Assembly (NCBI RefSeq): GCF_003918875.1
Contig: NW_025767162.1
Coordinates: forward strand, 248,001-312,000
DNA from: Haliotis rubra
Taxonomy: Eukaryota
DNA: 64,000 bases
Direction: 5' to 3'
Shown: positions 14,401 to 26,719 of the stretch, piece after piece
Layout: the number at the start of each line of letters is the position of its first letter
How positions within the stretch are numbered: the stretch's first letter is position 1
Position numbers and translations under genes: made by a program
Notes under the pieces: generated by a model
Seen by the model: the letters and a program-made list of their open reading frames with translations, nothing else
Told to the model about the DNA's origin: nothing
The model's database searches: none

Positions 14401-15372
14401 CCAAAAAATATTTAAATGTAAACATATGTACAGATAGATTAGTGTCCTTAAGTTACTAAAGCATTTAGTCAGCACATATTATGCCATCATGGAACACAAT
14501 TGCAAACAGACATAACAGTGGCCCTAGCTTATCCACCCCTCCTCCTCCTACTGCAACTACTGTTACTGTTTTGTTTACAAACTAGCAGAATCACTTGTTC
14601 CTTTTAAAGCATGCATGCCTTCCAGATCCTCTCCTGTTTTGTCCTCCTCGACGTGGTGTAATATCTAACCGCGAGTATTTTTTCACCTCAAATTTGACTT
14701 AGATGTCCAATAGAATCCGCACCCAATACATTTATTTCAATTCTCAGACACTTATATATAACGTAACCGCCACTGCATGGTGTCGTTGGTTCGTTTCCGC
14801 GGCGCTAACCATTAAGGGTCGGAGTACTATATATTTATTCTAAACTTAGTGGTTTATGAGTTTTTTATGGTTTTACGGAAATGTCCGGCTCCTTTTTCAT
14901 TTGAGACTTGAATCATATAGGCTAGCCGAAGTCAGCCACGTTTCAAGCTACAAAGGAGTTTAAAGTTTTGGGTATGTATACTTTAAACTCCTCAATCTAA
15001 AAATACAGAAGCTTTGATCAGTTAGCATCGAACATTACCCTTGGACCGTTGGGTCATTAATATTGTACAAGACAAGTTTTAGTGTCCCATTATCCGGGAC
15101 AATAGCATCCACACGAGAGGTTTCTTTATGGTAAACCGTGAAAATGCAGTAACACTGAGTGTAAAGATACATCCGAGGATAAACCTGGTGATGGTTGATG
15201 GACAAGGCAGCTAAACGTGGAACTAGGGTTTTAATGGTGACATAGATCCCTCATTAAAGAAGGTTTTGATCTGAACGAAAACAATAAAAACTTATCAAGT
15301 AGCTTGTTGTCAATATAAAATAGAACGCTGCATGAAGTGTCTTAGCGGTCAATAACGTGATTCATGAAGGTA

Positions 15373-15893
15373 CAGTCAAATCCTCATGAGTCGAATGCCG
15401 GTGTCTCGTATATTATGCATAACTCGAAGTACCTGTCGGTCACGACCATTTTCTGTCATAGTCCTCATTTGATTTCCGGTTACACGAATTCGTCTCATAA
15501 ATACACACGATGACTCGAGAAGGAAATTTGGTCCAATGAGATTCAAACAACAGCAATCTTGTATACATAAGCCGAAGTCAGTCAATGAGAAGTTGATTGG
15601 TGTATCAAACTGATCCAATTAACAGACCAGCGCGGCTCACACCTTTCCGCCATTGACGGCTGAGTTTAAAAGGCAGATTAGTGATTTTATCGAAATCACT
15701 GTCTGTGCTAATCAGACTGGAACTGATAAGGTGCCCCTATTAGTGATAGGGAAATCATTAGATGAACAAATGCTCAGGCGGAGGAATTAGGACTGGATCA
15801 TCATTTTTTCTACCCTCATAGACATACCTATGTTATCGATAAGTCGAATTTATTACTTGGTCCCCAGCGATTCGACTCATCGGGATTTGACTG
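15373..15893. mobile_element. Tc1/mariner-like MITE
   Basis: ~24-bp TIR CAGTCAAATCCTCATGAGTCGAAT / ATTCGACTCATCGGGATTTGACTG. Flanks are TA and TG (degraded TA TSD). Confidence 0.75.
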
Positions 15894-16102
15894 TGTTATG
15901 GGAGAGTGTTTTTTTGTAATTTGTAATAACATTGATTAAGTGACAGTAACAATAGAAGGGTCACACTGAGCTGCAAGGCGATAAAGTGATGATTTTACTG
16001 TAATTGAGAAATAATGTCATGTTTTAATCTCTAAACCAGCATGTCAAGTTCGTTGTTTTTTTAGAGTATAAAACTACATCCCTGTGTTGTGAGCAGTAAT
16101 GC

Positions 16103-16315
16103 GACCGCCTCCGTGGTGTAGTGGTTAGAGCGTCCGCCCGGAGAGCGGAAGGTCGCGGCTTCGATCCCCGGCCACGTCATACCAAAAGACGTTAAAATAT
16201 GGTACTTGTTGGTCCCTGCCTGGCGCTCGCCATGAATTGGTACAACAAGAACTGGTCGGCTCGGGAGTCAGTATACTGTGTCTGAGTGGGGTATTCATGC
16301 TTCACTGCGTCATGG
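16103..16315 (+). mobile_element. tRNA-derived SINE family A, 3'-truncated
   Basis: Pol III A box (TGGTGTAGTGG) and degenerate B box. Body matches the full copies at 62501 and 63172. Confidence 0.85.
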
Positions 16316-17403
16316 CCATCTTGTAATGGTGTGTGATTACCCCACGGGTTTCTCCTTGATTGATAGACACATGTTCAATGTTACATTTATTGAATGATAT
16401 CTCATTTTTTACTGAGCTTCATCGGAACAAATGGAATCAGTTTCTACATTTTATTACATTGATTGATCCTTCCTGGAGAATAACACAGGATAATAAAACA
16501 GTGTGACGGTTCTGTAACGCATTCTTTGATTATTGAATTAAACACTCATAAACCATTTGGCAGAACAAAAATCAAATATTATTTAACTGCCTGCACAACA
16601 TGGATTTTTAAACCCGCCGAGAGTGCCATTGAATTACCAGCTGTGTTTTTGAGAGGTTTGAGTATAACCCTGATTGAAGAGACTGACTTTCAACGCTGCT
16701 TTGAAAAACATTAGTGTTAAATCACAGTCTTATCACTGACTCAGTTCGAAACTGCTTTTAATCTAAAACCGAATATTTTCAATGATTCAATTACAATACA
16801 ACGCAGGTGTCAAGTCAGAGTGTGTTAAAAACAAATGTGAACTACAGTTAATATACAGTCAATGGATGCTTCAACTTTGATTTACCAGGACGATGGAGGA
16901 AAATTCACTGAGCTAAAAGCGTAAGTTAGCCCTCACTCACTCATCCATTCATCCACTCACTCACTCATCCACTCACTCAATCACATATTCACTTCATATT
17001 TCTGTAAACTATGTCATTCCTTTATGCCAACCGCATCTTAACATCTGACAATTCCGGGAGACAATTGTAATGAACAGTTAATTCACAATGAGTATGTTTT
17101 TGCGAAATGCACCTTTCATCGTATTGAGTGTTATGGTCAGCTTGCATTTATAATCTAATCCGAAATTTGAGATGCCGTTTTTATGTAGCATTTCTAGCTC
17201 CGTGTATAGGTACCAGAATAACGCAGGATGTCGCAATAAGATTGCATTCCTGGTTCTGTGTCTCCAACGTTGTCTCCTGACGTTACGTGGATCGGATTCT
17301 TAATACAAGTCATTACACTTAGGCAAAGGGATCACGTTGCTGGCTTGTTTTTAACTCCACGTACTTGTTAATAATATCACTATTACACACAGCATTATGT
17401 GTA

Positions 17404-17890
17404 TAGTCCGTTTGGCTCAAAAGCGGACCGATGAATTGCAATCTAACTCGAAAACTAATAAACATAAAATACTCAATGAAACACTGATCATAATGAAAAC
17501 GTCGGACCAACTCTGAGAGGTGTTTGCAGAATTTATGTCCTAAAAATAAAAAAGTTGTTTAACAAACTATCATTAAAATATCGACACAGTTCACTATTTG
17601 TTACGAGGGAGGAATGCAGAGAAAGGGACAGCCAGGTGTGCGAGAAAGGATGGAGGCGGCACAGCACAGGTTAATGAATCAATAACTTTGTCGGCACTTG
17701 TGCACGTGCTTCTCTAATACCTGGCTGTCCCTTTCTCTGCACTCCTCCCTCGTAACAAATAGTGAACTGTTGTCAATATTTTAATGATAGTTTGTTAAAC
17801 AACTTTCAGAATAATATCCTTTGAGACATAATTTCTAACCTTTCTTATAAATCATTGAGTTGGTCTGAACACATTTGATTATGATCAGCT
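17404..17890. mobile_element. Foldback MITE, right arm degraded (same family as 37033-37557)
   Basis: Left end AGTCCGTTTGGCTCAAAAGCGGACC. Inner inverted arms at ~17550-17636 and ~17718-17806. Confidence 0.8.
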
Positions 17891-20800
17891 GGTTTCGCTG
17901 TAACTATATGAAACTGTTCAACGTCAAATATATTGAATGATGTCTCCATTTTACTTGGCTTTATCAGAATAAATATCCTTTGAGAAGAATCAGTTTGTAA
18001 CCTTTCTTATAATATCATTGAGCCTTGCTGCGAAATAGCACATTGGACAATCCAACTGCTGGAGGGCGCTGTAACGCATTATATGAAACTGTATTATACA
18101 CTAACAAACCATTTGTCAGATTAAAAAGAAAGCATTACTTTACTTCCTGCACAACAAGTATTTCTAGACGTGCTGACACTCTGGTGTGAAACCGTTACGA
18201 TTTGAGTCTAAACCTAATTGACGTTAGTGACTTTCAACGTTGCTTTGAAGTAGTTTCATAATGTTGTTTGTAACAATTATACAACAAAAGTGCATGTCTG
18301 GGGGTGTTTAAGGCATGTGCGGACAATAAGTAACATATAGTAACCGGACCTTGTAACTATGGTTCTGTTTTTGGAAGCATAAAGAAGACATATATGTGGG
18401 TGCATGAGTGTATAACCATGCAACTGTTTTGCAGGAATACTCCAATCAAACAGCAAATACGGATTTAGAACCGACCAGTTTTAGTTCTCGTTGAAAAAAG
18501 GACTTGTGATTACCTTATGGACGTCTCATTGATTGATAGATATGTCTTCAATGCGACATTTATTGGTCGATGTCTCCTTTTCATTTAGCCTCCGAGGAAC
18601 AAATGTCTTTCACTCAAATTCAATTTGTACATTTTACTGCAAACGCTTTGAAATATATTGCAGAATAACACAGGGGACAATGAAAAAACAGAGTAGGCCT
18701 AGTACCGGAACTGAACACACAGAACAAACTGCAGACATTGCTCATACAGTTTCTGATTCTTGATCTGAAATCAGTTATATGGTCAAAATTCAAACATATG
18801 ATTACACAATGTCATCTTAGAAAGTGGTCAAATGTAACATAATTATTGTTATATTTGGGATTACACTTTCTTAGTAAAGTACATATTCGTGTACTTTTGT
18901 TGGGTTCAGTCCCATCTGGGATTCGAACCCACACACATTGTGTGGAAGTCGCGGTTACGACCTTCAAGAACGATAAACACCTGTACCTGGGGCAATCTTT
19001 TACAATGTGGGACCTTCCAATGGGTATTCTATTGGGATTGGGATTGGGTCCAGAAACCTCGGCATCTGCTTCCAGACATAGTTACTCCCACACGAGTAGC
19101 CAACTTGCTTTCCTTGCGCTGCACACTTTATAGGACATCGATAATGTATTAAGTAAATAATACACAAACAAAACTGATGACATAAACTCTAAGGTTTGAT
19201 CTCCTGGCCTCTCCATACAAAATCATAGTTGATATTGTCGCCCCTCTCTCTGAGCACAAGGAGGAATGTTTGGAGTCTGTATACCGTGTTGGAAAGTGTA
19301 ACAATGTTAAAACGTGTCATGCTACCGTCAGCTTCTCAATACAATATTATCACAGGCAAGGCTAAGTAAGATTTCACCTAATTGTTAAACGTAAGAGTCT
19401 ATAATCCAGACACCAAGGTTTTTAATGTTACTGTACTGGTGTGCAGAGTTGTCAACGGGAAATCATAAATTTGGAGTAATGTACATTTGCCTCAACCCCA
19501 CTCAAGTGAACATTACTTCATAACCATAATTTGTTATTGGGAAAGGCGGCAAATACGTCAGCTGCAAGAAATTTGTCAGAATAAAAAGCAAACATCATTT
19601 TACTGCCTGCACGACATGTATCTCCAGAGCTGCCGGCAGTGTGAAATCTATTGATTTGAGTCTAAACATAATTGACGTGAGTGACTTTCAACGCTGCTTT
19701 CAACAACATTCGAGTTCAATGAAGTAACAGCAAGTTGCTATTTTGTTTATGAAACCGAGGGTTCGGTAAAAACCTGCCAGGAATAATTGTGCATGGTGTT
19801 TCGTTGTGTAATATTGTCGTTTTTACCGAACCCTCGGTTTCAAAAACAAAATAGCAACAGTTGTTCAAAGCATTCCTTGACAGATACAGGCTCCCCGAGA
19901 ACATTATTTTCTGGCCTTCGCTTGGTCTCAGGGGGACAAAAGCCTTTCGAATGGATTCTGCTGGTAAAATTAAATGTGAAATCATTCCGATATTTGGCAG
20001 AATACGATAGTGGGCAATATAATCGTGTTCTTGTGTTGTTACTTTTATATTTCTAGTTTAACATAATTTACCAAACTGTCTGGAAGAACTGAAGACAAAC
20101 GTGTTTGCTGCCCACATTCTGTCACTTGGTCTGTTGACTGTTCTAAGCGATATTCAATTCTAGAAAGAAACTGATTGTAAGCAGCGAGTGAAATCTGATG
20201 CTCTTTTTGAACAGCATTCCTGTTTTATGATGATGGTATACCATCTAAATTTCATCTAATTTGCTTGTTGCAGTAATCTGGACACTGGAAACAGAACAAT
20301 TAGATGTTATCAATTTACCGTTTCTGTTGTCTTTTTCTGATTTCAAATTGGCTGTTTGTCTGTTTGCGTAAATAAAAATCTTCATATGAACTTTTGCCAC
20401 ATGGTATCACTTTGGCACCGGAATGCTGGGTTCGGTGTTACTCTATATTTCATACATCGAGCGAATGTTCTCATATGCTACGAATGACGTGCACACTTTT
20501 CGGACAAATTTCTTAGCGGTGAAAACACCCGACAATATTAACCTCTCAAAGAAAGACTAAAGTTAGCTCGTGTTGTGCGGGGAACTATGTTGCATGTATT
20601 TTTTGTTGTGATTATTCATGGAATTGGTTGAAGAAGAATTGGTTTTAAAGTAGTTGCTTGTCTGTTATTGGGAAACCCGTCGACTCCGTCATCGACTCCA
20701 GGAAGCATACTGCCTGCATCATCGAGTGTTCATTAAACACGCGTGTTGCATTTCATCTTTCTGTAAACGATGCTGTCCTTTATACCGTCTTTATCTTAAC

Positions 20801-21719
20801 ATCTGACAGGAGCGGGAAAAGGTTTTAATCAGCAGTTAATACAGGCAGCCTTTCATCATGTTAAGGGGCAACGTCAGATTACACTCATACACTCGTCTAA
20901 AACTTGAGATGTGGTTTTCATTTCTGGATCAGTGAAAAGGTACCAGAATAACACAAGATAAAGAAATAAGATTGTATTTCTGGTTCTGAGTTTCCCATTT
21001 TCTCTTTTACTCTTACGGCACGTGCATCAGATGTTTAAAACCACGTCAATAGACTTAGACAACTTATGGTGTGAGATCGCGTTGCTAGCTTGCTTGTGAC
21101 TTCATGGACTAATAATGGCAACACTGTATTTAAGTCTTTGTAGTATTTCCTAAAAGGGCATTCCTGATTTTTCATTCCCCATATATTGCTATTTGGTTAT
21201 GCTTTGTGATTACCCTACAGACTTGTCATTGATTGATAGACACATGTTCAACGTCAACTTTATTTAATGATGTCTCATTTTTACTTGGCTTCATCAGAAT
21301 AAATGTCCTTTGAGAAGAATCAGCTTGGAAATTGAATTTCACACCCATTTGACCTTCGTGTAGAATTGTAGAATAGTACAGTGAATAAAAACGCACTTGC
21401 TGAACATTGTAGCGCATTATCTGCAAGTGAAGTGAACACACCCAAACCATTTGTAAGAATATTTTTCAAGTAAAGTTTATCTTTCTGCCTCGCCCAGCCG
21501 ACTTTGCCGACTGTGTCGACAGGTGGCTGATTGAAGTGAGTGACTTCAAATGCTGCTCTGACCAACACTCCAGCTACATCACAAGGTTAACTGTGATAGG
21601 GTTATCTGCTTGCCGAGAGTGTTTTTCACCTAAAATCATTTCCATTCGTTCTGTTTTGGATTTAAAACGAAATTGTCAGTCAGGATGTGATAAAAGCCAA
21701 AGCAAAGTAAACTAATACA

Positions 21720-22300
21720 ACAACAAGAAGACAAAGTCATCAATCAGTTGAAGCCAAAATTGTTGCCATGGAAACGCAAAAAAACCCATTTTATTCAGAA
21801 ATCCAAAACTATCAAAATGCACCAGTTCACCACTAGACCTACCTATGCATGACATTTCGTAATGAAACAGTGAACAGTTTTTAAGTTCTGCTTTGGAAAA
21901 CAGCACTACCACCAATTTCAGTCAAAGTGAAACTTGTTGTCATGGAAACGCCAAAAATATTTTATTCAGAAATCCAAAAATACCACAAGGCACCAGTTCA
22001 CCACTAGATCTATCTAAATGCCAAGTTTGGTGAAGAACCATTACACGGTTTTAGAGTTCTGCTCCGGAAAAGAGTACTACCACCAATTTCAGTCTGTTAA
22101 ACTTGTTGCCATGGAAACGCAATTTTTTTTTTTATTCAGAAATCCAAAACTACCAAAAGGCACCACTAGACCACCAGATCTATCTATGTGCCAAATTTGG
22201 TTAAGAAATATTGAACGGTTTAAGTGTTATGCTCCGGAAAAGATGTGCACGGACGCACGGACGGACGGAGTCAATTTTAATAACCCCTCAAAACGCATGA
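21720..22300. mobile_element. Non-autonomous Helentron/HINE (pearl-like) repeat with ~170-bp internal tandem units
   Basis: Starts ACAACAAG. TTATTCAGAAATCCAAAA recurs at 21791/21962/22132, followed by an (ACGG)n microsatellite at ~22249-22269. Confidence 0.6.
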
Positions 22301-22319
22301 TTTGCAATTGAACACCCCC

Positions 22320-22455
22320 ACACGCACACACGCATGCACACAGAACAACACACAATAATATAAACCCTTTAGTGACACAAGTTTAAGAACATTTGTATTA
22401 TGTTAAACCCAATTTCACCTCATCTCACCTCACCTCACCTCACCTCATCTCACCC
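22320..22455 (+). mobile_element. SINE family A 3' tail fragment
   Basis: GTTAAACCCAATTTCACCTCA(CCTCA)n tail matches the family A copies. Confidence 0.65.
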
Positions 22456-23015
22456 TTTGGGAAGTAAGATTATCAGGTGCTAACACTCAGTACGTCAGTG
22501 CGTGTGATCGATTACCTATATTGGTGGAATATTGTGTAACGATGGTAATATTCACTTTACAGACATCAGCCAATCGAATTTTCTTTGATCTTGTTGACAC
22601 TTTTGTTTCTGTAAACCGTGTCATCCTTTCTTCATCGCGGCATCAAGCATGATCTGTACTTGGTTGTTAAACGGTTATGGCATCTGATCTCTCGAAGCTT
22701 CCGTCCATTACATGTCTGAAACGCGATATCTTGTTTTTGTGTCACGTTTCTTGTTCTGAGTAAAAGTATATTAATAACACAAAACAAAGAAATACGATTG
22801 CATTCCTGGAGGTGTGTTTAGATAATGGGTGATGTGCAACATAATATTTATCTTTGAAACACAAGAACCAGTTTGCGTGAAGCAATGCATCGGTCAAAGA
22901 AGTCTCAAATAAAAGGGAGTTGATGGAAAACATAGTTCTATGGTTAGTCAACTTTCGCACTCATTGCAATAAAGAAGTTGACTATCCACATAACTTGGAT
23001 TACCTTCATCTCTAC

Positions 23016-23210
23016 AACTTCTAAAATGCCTCTCAAAGAAAGTTAAAGTGAGTTTCAGGCAAATGAGACTATACGCCTGTGTTTGTAGCCAGAAACGAAC
23101 CGATAAAAAATGGGTGTCTGGTTGTGATGTTTTATGTTTGTGTTTTGCTTTATTTCGTTTGGTTTTGAGCAGTCATTTTTAATAACTTCTTTGAGAGGCA
23201 TTTAGAAGTT
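23016..23210. mobile_element. Small inverted-repeat element (MITE remnant)
   Basis: AACTTCTAAAATGCCTCTCAAAGAAAGTTA (23016) is the near reverse complement of TAACTTCTTTGAGAGGCATTTAGAAGTT (23183-23210). Confidence 0.5.
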
Positions 23211-23573
23211 CATCAATATATCGTTATCCTTTCCTAGCCAATTTTAATGTTTTGATCAAACCAAATTTCCAAGTAACTACTTTCCTTTGCTCTTATTTTT
23301 ATTTACTTTTTCATGTAACTTCATGTGCGTGAAAGTAATGCAACTACCGTATGCATGTGTTATGTATCAATCTGAATACTTGCATTTTCTGAAGACAAAA
23401 GTTTGGTCAAGTTTACACCAAATGCGTCATAAGTATCACGCGGTTTGTTCAGCTGAGTTGGAATGGGAAAATTTAATTGTTAACTTATAAATTACTATTG
23501 AAATACACAATATTTGACTGGATATTCCTTGGATCTGTGTTTCTCAGGCCTGGCCTTTTCAATGAAGCAATCA

Positions 23574-23745
23574 GGGCGGTGGGGTAGCCTTGTGGTTAAA
23601 GCGTTTGCTCGTCACGCCGAAGGCCCGGGTTCCATTCCCCACATGTGTACAATGGATAAAGCCCATTTCTGGTGTCCCCCGCCGTGATATATCGGGAATA
23701 TTGCTAAAAAGCGGCGTAAAACCCAACTCACTCAATCACTCACAC
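23574..23745 (+). mobile_element. tRNA-derived SINE family B
   Basis: Head GGGCGGTGGGGTAGCC..GTGGTTAAAGCG..GTCACGCCG..GGGTTC, with a tRNA-like GTC anticodon loop. Tail GGAATATTGCTAAAAGCGGCGTAAAAC(ACTC)n. Confidence 0.85.
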
Positions 23746-24339
23746 TAAGTCTTAGGACTTGGAAACAATGTCACTTTTACAGAAAGAAACAATATGTACA
23801 ATGTCAGTACCATGGTGCATGAGCAGGCTCGTCTGCACTTTCTACGTAATAGTATATCTTCCAATGGTGTAATTGTTTGTGATTGCCCTGCGGACTTATC
23901 ATTGATTAATAGACACACCTTGAACCTGAACTTTTTGGCGATATCTCCTTTTACTTAGCCTCAGGGGAACACATGTCCTTTCAAATGATTCAGTTTATAA
24001 TATAGTATGAAATCACTTAATTATCCCGCAGAATTGTGGACAATAATACAGAGATTGTTTCCCTGTGTTACTGTTTATGTGTAATGTAATAGAAAACCCT
24101 GAACTATTGTTGTCGAATGTCTGTCTCTTGATCTGCAAACTGTTAAACCGTCAACTATTCTGAGTGATATTCAGTCACAGAGTAAAACTGATTGGAATGA
24201 GTGGGCCAAATCCGATGCTGGTTCCAACAGAATTCCGGTTGTATCAGAATGTTATAAAACAATCATTTTGTGAAATATATTTATATGTAATCAGTATAAC
24301 ATATAAGAAACATTGGATCCATTCGCCATATTTTGACAC

Positions 24340-25500
24340 AAGATGCTCATGATAACTTTATTCCTCTCTCGCCTAGATTATGGTAACATCTTGTTGTTTG
24401 GAGTTTCTTACGAGTTGATCAACAAGTTACAAAAGATTCATACATTGCTGCAAGAAGCAAAGCACCCTGTCACAGATCACCCATTCTCCAATCTCTCCAC
24501 TGGCTTCATATTCCTGAACGTACTGAATTCAAAATACTAATACTCACTTATCAGGTAATACACTAAATGGAACCTCATCACGCCGTACCCTCCTTCCAGA
24601 ACTCTCCGTTCCCATGATCAGTTCCTCCTGTCCATGCCTGTACATAGGTAATACATTAAATGGAACCTCATAACGCTGTACCCTCCTTCCAGAACTCTCC
24701 GTTCCCATGATCAGTTCCTCCTGCCCATGCCTGTACATAGGTAATACATTAAATGGAACCTCATAACGCTGTACCCTCCTTCCAGAACTCTCCGTTCCCG
24801 TGATCAGTTCCTCCTGTCCATGCCTGTACATAGGCATGATCAGTTCCTCCTGTCCATGCCTGTGCATAGGTAATACACTAAATGGAACCTCATAACGCTG
24901 TACCCTCCTTCCAGAACTCTCCGTTCCCATGATCAGTTCCTCCTGTCCATGCCTGTGCATAGGTAATACACTAAATGGAACCTCATAACGCTGTACCCTC
25001 CTTCCAGAACTCTCCGTTCCCATGATCAGTTCCTCCTGTCCATGCCTGTACATAGGTAATACACTAAATGGAACACCATCACGCTGTACCCTCCTTCCAG
25101 AACTCTCCGTTCCCATGATCAGTTCCTCCTGTCCATGCCTGTACATAGGTAATACACTAAATAGAACCTCATGATGCTGTGCCCTCCTTCCAGAACTCTC
25201 CGTTCCCATGATCAGTTTCTCCTGTCCATGCCTGTGCATAAACCCAAATCGTTTGGTGTCAAGTCCTTTCAATATGCAGCTGCTACCTTTTGGAATTATC
25301 TGCCTCTTGACCTAAAACTAGTACCACCTCTGCCGCTCTTCAAACACAGACTCAAAACACACGACTTTCCCCTTTTTTTGTTTCATAAATCCTTGTATTT
25401 TCTTGTACACATGAACTGTGACTTGTCAGCGCTTGGAGCATTGCCCTTGTGTGGTGGATGTCAGCGCTATATAAATGCTCTTGTTATTATAACTTATAAG
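24340..25500 (+). mobile_element. L2-like LINE 3' fragment (degenerate ORF2 C-terminus plus 3' tail)
   Basis: Motifs SRLDYGNILL, LQK, HWL.I.ER.EFKIL, PSRTLRS and SF..AA..FWN.LP..L.......FK..LKTH, typical of L2 ORF2 ends. Frameshifted. Confidence 0.8.
24553..25239. repeat. 93-bp minisatellite (7 full units plus one 36-bp partial)
   Basis: Unit starts (AGGTAATACA) at 24553, 24646, 24739, 24832 (partial), 24868, 24961, 25054, 25147. Confidence 0.96.
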
Positions 25501-26176
25501 TAGTAGTAGTATCATATGTGCCACTGAGCATTAGGTTCACCCAACGCAACTAAGGTAGATAATGACTCATTCATTTCTTTAGAATGTTTGATGCTTATGT
25601 TGCGTGATATAGGTTAAATATTGCGTGATACTGGTTACATATTCATTTTTGTCCAAAACGGCTTTTGGCAATAGTCACCCACTAACCCAACCTCTCACTC
25701 CCCAAAAGTCATAAATCCATTCACGCACTCACCATCCAAATCAGTAACATATATTGCTGAAAATAATTAAGAAAGAAAGATAAAAAATCTTACTTACGTC
25801 ATCATTAGTAGTAATGCTTGTTTCCTACGCAATCTGTATTACATAATTGGCATAATTTCCTGCTTGAGCCACGGAATTACTGTCATAATCTGTCAGGAAC
25901 AAGAAATATTCTCTGTAGATTCGAGTCATTCCCTCAGACTACCAAATATTATGTTTTTTCGTGAATGACGATTGGCGTAAATGTCCGTCAGTTTTGGTTC
26001 GAGCCCATTGAAAAAAATGGTATTCGAGATTGCATAACCTTAGTCAAGTTATAAACTGCATGGAGATCAAAACTTTTGGGTGTGTATACTTTACCATTCT
26101 CAATCACAAAATGTACATGACCTTTATACTAAAGGGTCATTTAACACATACATATTATATAACCGTAGCAACAACG

Positions 26177-26286
26177 GGGAGGTGGGGTAGACTAGTGGTA
26201 AAGCGTCACGCCGAGGACCTGGGTTCGATTCCCCACATACAATGTGTGAAGCCCATTTCTCACGCACTCACTCACTCACTCACTCA
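26177..26286 (+). mobile_element. SINE family B, internally deleted
   Basis: Head with B box GGTTCGATTCC and an (ACTC)n tail. Confidence 0.65.
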
Positions 26287-26384
26287 GCAGCATCAACCGT
26301 CAGCATATCTTTATGACGCACCATAAAACCTGTAAAGCTGAATAGGAAAATAAAAACAATTTCGATCTAAGATAACCCGATGAA

Positions 26385-26632
26385 GTGAGTGAGTGAGTTT
26401 AGTTTTTACGTCGCACTCAGCAATATTCCAGCTTTATGGCGGCGGTCTGTAAATAATCGAGTCTGGACCAGACAATCAAGTGATCAACGGCATGAACCTC
26501 GATCTGCAAAATTGGTATACGATGACATCTGTCAACAAAGTCAGCGAGCCTGACCACCCGATCCCGTTAGTCGCCTCTTACGACACGCATGGGTTACTAA
26601 AGGCCAATATTCTAACACGGACCTTCACAGGT
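26385..26632 (-). mobile_element. SINE-like family C
   Basis: Matches 62095-62320 and shares the GCTGGAATATTGCT..GCG.CGTAAAA..(ACTC)n tail. Older plus-strand copies occur at ~31040-31250, ~39460-39650, ~46450-46950 and ~62390-62920. Confidence 0.8.
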
Positions 26633-26719
26633 AGACAGATAAAGGTAGAACCTCAGTTTCAATATGGACACAGAGACCAAACTAAAGAAGATGTTTGTAT
26701 AATGTTAACTGTTTCACAG

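Larger units (their letters stand above)
1560..24300. repeat. Ancient nested tandem array of ~0.5-kb modules (family I) with higher-order blocks
   Basis: Core motif GTGATTACCCTAYGGAC..TTGATTGAYAGAYACATG..GATGTCTC..AAATGTCCTTT near 2150, 3618, 6436, 6925, 9500, 9980, 13475, 13970, 16356, 17915 (partial), 18529, 19877 (partial), 21229, 23902. Second motif ATCTCGTCTGAAACTTGAGATG near 1907, 3314, 4487, 9171, 13136, 17153, 20892, 22712. Block 7890-10310 is similar to 11740-14310. Confidence 0.88.

Noticed and set aside
15715-15737. miR-184-like GAACTGATAAGG
   Set aside because: It lacks the seed and lies inside a MITE.
16103-16175. tRNA genes at SINE heads (also 23574, 44488, 59036, 62501, 63172)
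   Set aside because: Acceptor stems are poor and each continues into a SINE body, most with a tail and TSD.
24553-25239. CRISPR-like array
   Set aside because: Units are contiguous near-identical repeats with no unique spacers, there are no cas genes, and the context is eukaryotic.
24544-25272. 242-aa repetitive ORF as a real gene
   Set aside because: It is antisense to an L2 fragment, and its length is explained by the 93-bp tandem unit.
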